DNA of 52,162 bases from a virus (lineage: Duplodnaviria > Caudoviricetes), in the IMG/VR virus record IMGVR_UViG_3300022227_000004, positions 1 to 52,162 of that record. One strand, 5' to 3'. The notes under the pieces are model-generated. The model ran no database searches and was not told the origin of the DNA. It was given only the letters and a program-made list of their open reading frames with translations. Both the position numbers and the translations under genes were made by a program. The first letter of the stretch is position 1, and each line of letters starts with the position of its first letter. Of this stretch, positions 45,453 to 52,162 are shown one piece after another.

Positions 45453-45754
45453 TGCTACCTAAAACAACAGTAAGAAGAGTGGCTACTGAAGCCGTTGTAA
45501 AAGATGAGCTTCTTGAAATCACGTATAGAAAGAAAGACAAGAATGTTGTTAGAAGACAGGTCAAACCAGCCGAAATCAAAACCGAACAACACGTAGATGA
45601 TTATGGCTATTTGAAAACTGTCACATATCTATATGCCTATGAAAGATCTGCAGGCCATAGAGAAAAACACATTAAGAGGTGGATTATCGATCAATTCTTA
45701 TCAATGAGAGTTATTCCTGCTCCACATGAGAGAATGCCAGCCAGATATACATAA
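45452..45754 (+). CDS. stand-alone WYL-like domain protein
   Basis: LEITY.KK....RRQVKP...YLYAY...IKRW.IDQF follows the WYL/Sm-like pattern. Confidence 0.55.
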   Translation: MLPKTTVRRVATEAVVKDELLEITYRKKDKNVVRRQVKPAEIKTEQHVDDYGYLKTVTYLYAYERSAGHREKHIKRWIIDQFLSMRVIPAPHERMPARYT

Positions 45755-45784
45755 TGTAGTGCTAAATGCACTCTATTAGTTTTG
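45752..45784 (+). terminator. weak hairpin, possible terminator
   Basis: TAATGTAGTGC/GCACTCTATTA stem followed by GTTTTG. Confidence 0.3.
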
Positions 45785-45788
45785 CGTA

Positions 45789-45797
45789 ATATTTATA
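45789..45797 (+). promoter_or_regulatory. candidate late-promoter motif ATATTTATA
   Basis: intergenic, upstream of terminase. Confidence 0.5.
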
Positions 45798-45831
45798 ATA
45801 AATTGTATAGTTATAACAAATTAAAAAATCT

Positions 45832-47478
45832 ATGACAGCAGAACAGACAGAAGAATATATCAAGTGCAGAAGAGATCCGACTTATTACTTGAAGACGTAC
45901 GGAAAAGTAAGACATCCAACGAAAGGTCTCTTGACTTTTGCACTATGGAATTTCCAGGAAGAATGCGTTTCAGATTTTTTGTCACATTCTTATAATGTCA
46001 TACTCAAAGCTAGACAATTAGGCTTATCAACTCTATGTGCTGGGTATGTGTCTTGGATGATGACATTCTTCAAGAATAAAGAAATATACATCATTGCTAC
46101 TAAAGCTGATACAGCTACTAACTTGGTTTCAAAAATTAAAGTGTTCTTAGAAAATATGCCTGATTGGATGCAACCAAAGTTAGACATAGATAATAGAAGA
46201 AGTATAGAATTAAGCAATGGTTCAAAGGTCAAAGCCGCTACATCCACCGCCGATTCAGCAAGATCGGAAGCTTTGTCATTGCTAATCATTGATGAAGCTG
46301 CATTCATTAAAAATATGGATGATATATGGATTGCAGCTCAGCCAACTCTATCAACTGGGGGAGATTGTATTGCATTATCAACTCCAAATGGTATGGGAAA
46401 TTGGTTCCATAGAACATACGCTGATGCCCAAGTAGGACAGAAATTTGAAATGGCTGGTAAAATGGTCAATTTCAATTCCATTAGATTGCACTGGAGTTTA
46501 CATCCAGATAGAAATCAAAAATGGGCTGATGATATGAGAACTAAGATTGGACAGAGAGCGTTTGCACAGGAGCATGACTGTGACTTTCTACAATCTGGTA
46601 ATAATGTAATAGATGTAAATGATTTAAAGTGGTATGAAGAAAATCCAACAACAGCCGACGGGCATGATATAACTGAATGTCCTCATGTTAGAGAGCCAAT
46701 TGAAAAAACAGGTTTCGATAAAGGATTTTGGATTTGGAAATATCCTGATTACACAAGACAGTATTTAGTTTCAGCAGATGTATCAAGAGGAGACGGATCA
46801 GATTATTCTACTTGCCAGGTCATAGATGTTGAAAACTATGAGCAGGTTGCAGAATATAAAGGTAAAGTTCCTACCGATGCATTTGGACATTTGTTAGTGC
46901 AAATTGCTGTTCAATATAATAATGCGTTGTTAGTACCCGAAAATAACTCTATTGGATGGGCTACAATACAGAAGATTATTGATTTGAATTATAGCAACTT
47001 GTATTGGACAGATAAAACAAAAATGTATGTAGATGTTACTAGAACTACAGACATTTATGATCCATACGATAAGAATAAAAAGAGTTTAGTTCCTGGTTTC
47101 ACAACTTCATCGAGAACTAGACCAACAATGATTGCTAGAATGGAAGAAGATATTAGGAATCATGAAATAGAGCTACATTCGATGAGGTTGCTTAAAGAAT
47201 TTGAGACATATATTTTTGAAAATGGCAAGCCCGATCACATGCAAGGCTATAATGATGATTTAATTATGGCTCTAGCTATTGGGATGTTTGTCAGAAATAC
47301 AAATCTCAAGATTCATGAATTGGGCGGAGAAATGCAGAGAACAATGTTGAATAACATCTCCTCTGTTAACAATCCTTATGAACTTGGTGTTATAAAGCCA
47401 GAAGATTATAATAAAGTACCCGAGCAATATACAATGAAGACTCGACAGAGTGAAGAAAATCTTCTTTGGCTGTTATAG
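45832..47478 (+). CDS. terminase large subunit (T4 gp17-like)
   Basis: KARQLGLST, IIDEAAF, STPNG, ADVSRGDGSDYS, PENNSIG, NDDLIMALAI. Confidence 0.95.
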   Translation: MTAEQTEEYIKCRRDPTYYLKTYGKVRHPTKGLLTFALWNFQEECVSDFLSHSYNVILKARQLGLSTLCAGYVSWMMTFFKNKEIYIIATKADTATNLVSKIKVFLENMPDWMQPKLDIDNRRSIELSNGSKVKAATSTADSARSEALSLLIIDEAAFIKNMDDIWIAAQPTLSTGGDCIALSTPNGMGNWFHRTYADAQVGQKFEMAGKMVNFNSIRLHWSLHPDRNQKWADDMRTKIGQRAFAQEHDCDFLQSGNNVIDVNDLKWYEENPTTADGHDITECPHVREPIEKTGFDKGFWIWKYPDYTRQYLVSADVSRGDGSDYSTCQVIDVENYEQVAEYKGKVPTDAFGHLLVQIAVQYNNALLVPENNSIGWATIQKIIDLNYSNLYWTDKTKMYVDVTRTTDIYDPYDKNKKSLVPGFTTSSRTRPTMIARMEEDIRNHEIELHSMRLLKEFETYIFENGKPDHMQGYNDDLIMALAIGMFVRNTNLKIHELGGEMQRTMLNNISSVNNPYELGVIKPEDYNKVPEQYTMKTRQSEENLLWLL

Positions 47479-47491
47479 TGGAGCTAAACTA

Positions 47492-47635
47492 ATGAAATTC
47501 GTAGAAGAAATCGCGAGAAAGCTTTCAAAAACAGAATTTAAACCCCGTCCTGATGTCAAAGCTAATGGTAATATGAAGAAGATTAGAAAAATGACTCAGG
47601 AGATTGCTAACCGCGAGAGGGATAAAATAAGGTGA
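47492..47635 (+). CDS. small basic hypothetical protein
   Basis: GGAG RBS before the ATG at 47492 within ORF 47450..47635. Confidence 0.45.
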   Translation: MKFVEEIARKLSKTEFKPRPDVKANGNMKKIRKMTQEIANRERDKIR

Positions 47636-47642
47636 GGAGTTA

Positions 47643-47882
47643 ATGAATAATTCGAATCAGAGAAGTAATGGGTGGGGTGAATACGAAAAATTAGTATTAA
47701 ATGAATTAGAAAGATTAAACAAATGGTCAGAATCATTCGCCAAACACGTTGATGAAGAACTCACAAAAACAAAAGTAGAAATAGCAACACTAAAAGTTAA
47801 AGCAGCAATGTGGGGCGCATTGGCAGCAGCAGTTGCAGGGCCTATTGTAGCAATAATTGCAAACATACTCATAAAAGGATAG
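47643..47882 (+). CDS. small membrane protein (coiled coil + C-terminal TM helix)
   Basis: AAMWGALAAAVAGPIVAIIANILI; GAGGAG RBS. Confidence 0.65.
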   Translation: MNNSNQRSNGWGEYEKLVLNELERLNKWSESFAKHVDEELTKTKVEIATLKVKAAMWGALAAAVAGPIVAIIANILIKG

Positions 47883-47897
47883 AAAGGTATAAGGATA

Positions 47898-49619
47898 ATG
47901 GATAAATTTGATGTTCTTAAGAGGCTAGTTACAGGTAGAAAAGCAGGGTATAAAGTTCCCACAGAACGCCCGGGCCAAAGAGCTCAGAAACGAGCTTTCG
48001 ATACTTTTAGTAGAGCTGCTACATCTATATACAACCAAGCTTTAGCGGGTGGTGTTGAAAGACATGAACGAGTAAAAGATTATGAAGAAATGGATGCTAC
48101 TCCTGAAATTTCTAAGGCGTTAGATATATATGCTGATGATGCTTGTACTTATTCTGAAGAAGGGATCGTACTCAACATAGAATCTGATGATGAGAGAATT
48201 ACAGGAGAATTAGAAGAGCTATTCTTTGAAAGATTAGATATTGAATTCCATTTATGGAATTGGATAAGAAACATGTGCAAAAATGGTGACAACTTTGGAT
48301 TATTGGATGTTGTCGATAAAGAAGGTGTCCTAGGATTAATATCATTGCCAGTATTAGAAATAGAAAGAGAAGAAGGTTATGATGGTGACCCTAACTCATT
48401 AAGATTCAGATGGACTGCTCAAGGTAACACCACATTTGATCCATACCAAATATCACATATGAGAATTCTAGGTGATGACAGATTCCTGCCTTATGGAAGA
48501 TCAATCTTAGATCCTGCAAGAAAAATATGGAAGCAGTTATCTTTAGCTGAAGATGCAATGCTTATTTACAGAATGACAAGAGCTCCTGAAAGAAGAGTTT
48601 TTAAGATTGATGTTGCAAATATTCCACCCAACCAAGTAGAACAATACATTATACAGACAAGAGACAAGCTCAAAAGAACACCTTTGGTAACAGAATCAAC
48701 AGGACAGTTGGATTATAGATTCAATCCTATGTCAATTGATGAGGATTTCTTCCTTCCAGTTAGAGGTGATAGAGGATCTGATATTGAGACTCTACCAGGT
48801 GGAACTAACCAGGGCGATATAGAAGATATTGAATACATTCAGAATAAGCTATTCATTTCACTAGGTGTACCAAAATCATACCTTACAGCTGAAGAAGATC
48901 TTGCTGGTAAAGCTACATTGGCACAGGAAGATATTAAGTTTGCTAGAACAATTCAGAGAATTCAGAAGATTATTGTTTCTGAATTAGCTAAAATTGGATT
49001 AATTCACTTATTCTTAAGAGGATTTGATGAAGAAAAGATATATAATTTTGATCTTAAACTGACAAATCCTTCTACTGTTATGGAAATGATGCAGTTAGAG
49101 CTTGTCGAAAAGAGATTTGATATAGCCAATACTATGGCTGATTCACACCTAGTATCAGATTTATACACGCAGAAAGAAGTATTGAGGTTAACTGATAATG
49201 AAATTGTTAAAGGTAATGAGCTTCTATTGGACGAAGCAAGAAGAAAGTATATACTCCAATCGATTGAAAGTGGTGAAGAACCTCCTGCTGAAACAGAAGA
49301 ACCAGAAAGAAAAGATCCTCCTAAGGAAAATCAAACAGATACAGGACCTTCAGCTGTTCCAGATCCATTTGGTACTAAGGACCTTCCAGGTGTTCCAAAT
49401 GAAGATTCCTTGGGGACTGATCATCAAAGCGGAGATTTGATTCGAAAGGGTAAGAGCAGAAAAGATCCATTCAACAAAAGTATATCAGATGTTATGCGAC
49501 ATGATAGAAAGATTGATAAGATATTTGAGACATTACAGAATAATAGACCTACAAAAAGTTTGTCAGAAGATAAAGAATTCAAAGCTGCATTCAAAAATCG
49601 GAACAACAACAGACGATAG
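47898..49619 (+). CDS. portal protein (T4 gp20-like)
   Basis: YEEMD..PEI..ALDIYAD, EDAMLIYRMTRAPERRVFKIDV, EDFFLPVRG, IETLPGG, LGVPKSYL. Confidence 0.95.
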   Translation: MDKFDVLKRLVTGRKAGYKVPTERPGQRAQKRAFDTFSRAATSIYNQALAGGVERHERVKDYEEMDATPEISKALDIYADDACTYSEEGIVLNIESDDERITGELEELFFERLDIEFHLWNWIRNMCKNGDNFGLLDVVDKEGVLGLISLPVLEIEREEGYDGDPNSLRFRWTAQGNTTFDPYQISHMRILGDDRFLPYGRSILDPARKIWKQLSLAEDAMLIYRMTRAPERRVFKIDVANIPPNQVEQYIIQTRDKLKRTPLVTESTGQLDYRFNPMSIDEDFFLPVRGDRGSDIETLPGGTNQGDIEDIEYIQNKLFISLGVPKSYLTAEEDLAGKATLAQEDIKFARTIQRIQKIIVSELAKIGLIHLFLRGFDEEKIYNFDLKLTNPSTVMEMMQLELVEKRFDIANTMADSHLVSDLYTQKEVLRLTDNEIVKGNELLLDEARRKYILQSIESGEEPPAETEEPERKDPPKENQTDTGPSAVPDPFGTKDLPGVPNEDSLGTDHQSGDLIRKGKSRKDPFNKSISDVMRHDRKIDKIFETLQNNRPTKSLSEDKEFKAAFKNRNNNRR

Positions 49620-49649
49620 ATATATTTATATAAAGTGATATATTTATAT
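49619..49649 (+). promoter_or_regulatory. tandem pair of GATATATTTATAT containing the candidate late-promoter motif
   Basis: copies at 49619-49631 and 49637-49649 in the gap after portal. Confidence 0.5.
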
Positions 49650-49656
49650 CATATTA

Positions 49657-50559
49657 GTGCTAGCTAATAAAAAGAGAGATTGTATGCGACATAGAAAATT
49701 GAGTAATATTGGTATTATCTTTGAAGCGTTAAATAAGTGTGTGACTTATTACTCTTCAAAAGATAAGATTAGCGAAGGTGCTAAGGTATTTTCAGTCATA
49801 AGAAAATACTTCTTGGATAGTAGCACTTATATGCATGAGATATATAAGGAAATCTACTCTCCAATAATTTATGGACAAACTAATAATCACTACTATGCTT
49901 CTAAGTATCTTCAATATATGATTGAAGAATACAAGGGCATAGATGAAAATAGATTGCATAAAGAAGTTAAATCTCTTATATCTGAATTGGATAGCTTTGC
50001 CAAGCTTTCTTCAAAGCAGATTTTAAATACAAAAATCAACACATATAAGGTTTTGGCAAGTTTTAAAGTATTAGCTGATTCAGCTTGCAATAGAGTAAAA
50101 TTAACTCCTCAAGAAAGATTAAGATGTGAACAGACAGTTATGGAGCATCTTATTAACAATGAGGAAGTAAAGCGCATTAATGAAAGTAGCGCAACCATTA
50201 CTAGCAGTAGAAAACCATTGGAAGAAATGGAAGAGCAACAACTAACTTCATTCATTGCTGTCAAAAAGTTCAAGGAAAAATATAATGTTAGTTTAACGAC
50301 CGAACAGAATGATTTCATGAACAGATATCTAACCACACAGGAAAAACCATTTTACAGATGGGTAGAAAAGAAACTTAAGAATATTGTCAAAGAAATCGAT
50401 AACAAGATGGACAATGTTGAAGATGAAAAAATAGAAGAAAAGCTATCACTCGTAAAAGAAAGATTTGAATCAATTTTAAATAAAAGAAAAGTAGACGAAA
50501 CAGGAATGACTGACATACTTCTTGGATTTGATCTATTCAATTGTCTCAAATTATTTTAA
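49657..50559 (+). CDS. hypothetical head-module protein
   Basis: 300-aa ORF between portal and protease; ATG at 49684 is an alternative start. Confidence 0.7.
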   Translation: MLANKKRDCMRHRKLSNIGIIFEALNKCVTYYSSKDKISEGAKVFSVIRKYFLDSSTYMHEIYKEIYSPIIYGQTNNHYYASKYLQYMIEEYKGIDENRLHKEVKSLISELDSFAKLSSKQILNTKINTYKVLASFKVLADSACNRVKLTPQERLRCEQTVMEHLINNEEVKRINESSATITSSRKPLEEMEEQQLTSFIAVKKFKEKYNVSLTTEQNDFMNRYLTTQEKPFYRWVEKKLKNIVKEIDNKMDNVEDEKIEEKLSLVKERFESILNKRKVDETGMTDILLGFDLFNCLKLF

Positions 50560-50571
50560 GGAGAATAAATA

Positions 50572-50955
50572 ATGTCAATAGCAGATGAACAGAATATTTA
50601 TGGAAAAAGCAATTTAGAAGGCGACAAAGCTACTGCGGAAAAAAGAGCCTTCTCTAAGGGAACTCCTGGTAGAAATCCTAAACCTCACGCCTTCATTAAC
50701 GAGTATGATATCACTGATCAATATGATCTCGGCGACCGTCGGCATGCCGGACAGGATTATTTGCAAATTGCCAAAGACGCGACGCCTGGAAGTGAAATAG
50801 GCCAACGCACAGCTTTATCAGTGTTGTTTGGAGACTTTCTCGATAAGTTCAAGAAAGTGAATCCTAAAAATCTAAGAGTTATTAACAGGGATGAGTTTAT
50901 CGCAAAAACTGAAAAAGCTAGAAGCGATACGTCTAGTGTTGTGATCGATGAATAG
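50572..50955 (+). CDS. hypothetical head-module protein
   Basis: AAGGAG RBS. Confidence 0.65.
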   Translation: MSIADEQNIYGKSNLEGDKATAEKRAFSKGTPGRNPKPHAFINEYDITDQYDLGDRRHAGQDYLQIAKDATPGSEIGQRTALSVLFGDFLDKFKKVNPKNLRVINRDEFIAKTEKARSDTSSVVIDE

Positions 50956-51568
50956 AAAAAATAAAAAAGAAGCCTCGATGACAGGAGCAGTCGCTAATTA
51001 CAGCGGTGGAGGTTTAGGTGTAACAAGTGATCTGTCTCCAAAGCATACTAAACAAAGGAATATGGCGAGAAAAAAGATGAACAAACTCGGTAAACAGAAA
51101 GATAAGCATTTCAAACAGCTTGAAAATAAAAAGATCTCTGATGAAGCTCTCAGAGAATATATAAAAGATCAGATGTTTGAAATGATAATAGAACAAAATG
51201 ATCCAAAGGAAGTCATTAATCTTATGGATAACATAAGCAAGATGATTGGATTGTCTCTCACCTATGTCCGTATGTTTCTATCTGATGGGATGAAGATGGG
51301 TGATCATGCATTGGATTATCATATGAAAAGAGCTAAAGCTGAAATTTCTAGAATTCAAAAGCTAGTTCAAGATGTTGATAAAATGACTGTTAATGTATAC
51401 GATTGTCATAGAAAAGGTCAGGAACAACTAGAAATGGATAAGCAATCTCAAGATGATGAGTATGCTGAGCTTAATGTAATTCCAGATGAAAAGAAAGATC
51501 AAGAAGAATGTGGTCCTGGAGATATGAAACAAGGAATTAGACAGGCACCTCGTAGGAGAGGAATATGA
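50948..51568 (+). CDS. hypothetical head-module protein
   Basis: 206 aa; contains LREYIK...IIE helix like other leader motifs. Confidence 0.6.
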   Translation: MNRKNKKEASMTGAVANYSGGGLGVTSDLSPKHTKQRNMARKKMNKLGKQKDKHFKQLENKKISDEALREYIKDQMFEMIIEQNDPKEVINLMDNISKMIGLSLTYVRMFLSDGMKMGDHALDYHMKRAKAEISRIQKLVQDVDKMTVNVYDCHRKGQEQLEMDKQSQDDEYAELNVIPDEKKDQEECGPGDMKQGIRQAPRRRGI

Positions 51569-51587
51569 AAAGGAGAGGAATATGAAA
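51554..51587. repeat. perfect 17-bp tandem duplication AGGAGAGGAATATGAAA x2 (RBS + start)
   Basis: copies at 51554-51570 and 51571-51587. Confidence 0.9.
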
Positions 51588-51785
51588 ATCAAAAGATCAG
51601 AAATAAAACAAATTGTTGAAGAAGTATTGAATGAAGGTACTGATGTAGCCGCTCTTAAAGATCTTAAAAAGAGAGCTGATAAGCTTATCAAAGGAATTGG
51701 AGGCTCTATGCCTAGTCAAATGACAAATGCATTGAGAGATGCAATTGATGATATGCTTTATTTTATAACAGGTGATGATCAGTGA
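51582..51785 (+). CDS. small protein with MKIKRS..EVLxE leader
   Basis: N-terminus matches 31565..31798. Confidence 0.65.
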   Translation: MKIKRSEIKQIVEEVLNEGTDVAALKDLKKRADKLIKGIGGSMPSQMTNALRDAIDDMLYFITGDDQ

Positions 51786-51950
51786 AAAGCAAAAAGACAA
51801 TGAAGAATTTTTTGCTGTAGCATACGATAGTAAATCTGAACAGAAAATTGGTTCAATATTTTTAAGTAAAAATTCTAATAAAGCAGCAAAGCTGTATGAT
51901 AAGATATAAAAAAAACCCAGAATAAAAGATTTTAAAAGAGGATAGACAAG

Positions 51951-52162
51951 ATGGAAAAGCAATTATTAACTGAGTTCCTCCTCTTCGAATATGATGCTAT
52001 CGAACCCATTACTGATCCCAATAGTGATGGTATAGTCAGAATGAAAGGCATAATTCAAAGAGCTAATTCACCAAATGCAAACAATAGAATATATCCAAGA
52101 GCAATTCTTGAAAGAGAAGATAAGAATATGCAAGCTTCTATAACTGAAAGAAGAGCATTGGG
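51951..52162 (+). CDS. prohead protease (T4 gp21-like), 3' truncated by window
   Basis: manually translated MEKQLLTEF...MKGIIQRANSPNANNRIYPRAILERE...RRALG, matching gp21 G...QA...NxNxRxYP..IL...ALG. Confidence 0.9.
   Translation, partial: MEKQLLTEFLLFEYDAIEPITDPNSDGIVRMKGIIQRANSPNANNRIYPRAILEREDKNMQASITERRAL

Noticed and set aside
51784-51909. Open frame EKQKDNEEFFAVAYDSK... before the protease gene
   Set aside because: No start codon and no recognisable similarity; possible remnant only
606-51962. Numerous minus-strand and short alternative-frame ORFs in the ORF track
   Set aside because: All overlap well-supported + strand genes and show the Ser/Phe/Leu-rich composition of antisense shadows; no recognisable motifs
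1-52162. Stop-codon reassignment (seen in some large phages)
   Set aside because: Long conserved genes are intact in the standard code and end in TAA, TAG and TGA alike
1-52162. CRISPR array
   Set aside because: No regularly spaced repeat-spacer series seen; the MKLREA repeats are coding, degenerate and irregularly spaced

Overview
AT-rich, almost entirely + strand, densely coding fragment of a large T4-like (myovirus-type, probably jumbo) phage genome read with the standard genetic code. Left half (1-25.8 kb) is a replication and nucleotide-metabolism block: end of a DnaB/gp41-like helicase, class II ribonucleotide reductase, a probable pyrimidine (likely cytosine) hypermodification cluster (flavoprotein, dNTPase-HAD fusion, NDP-sugar epimerase, kinase fused to an aberrant thymidylate-synthase domain), a uracil-DNA-glycosylase/DnaE fusion, two divergent ThyX-like genes, thioredoxin, RuvC, primase and a fused SbcD-SbcC. 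Right half (25.8-52.2 kb) is a late region: holin-like and DUF5675 lysis genes, CCA-adding enzyme, two glycosyltransferases, tRNA-Ser, a PrkA/YeaG-YeaH-SpoVR operon, a compact tmRNA, terminase, portal and the start of the gp21-like prohead protease. The most striking unexplained pattern is that about 15 otherwise unrelated ORFs, including the CCA enzyme, begin with the same short leader M-(K/R)-(L/I)-x-E-A or a close variant; it matches the T4 prohead-protease cleavage rule, and short exact DNA repeats at some gene starts hint at cassette-like shuffling. All family assignments come from motif recognition by eye; no database search was run.
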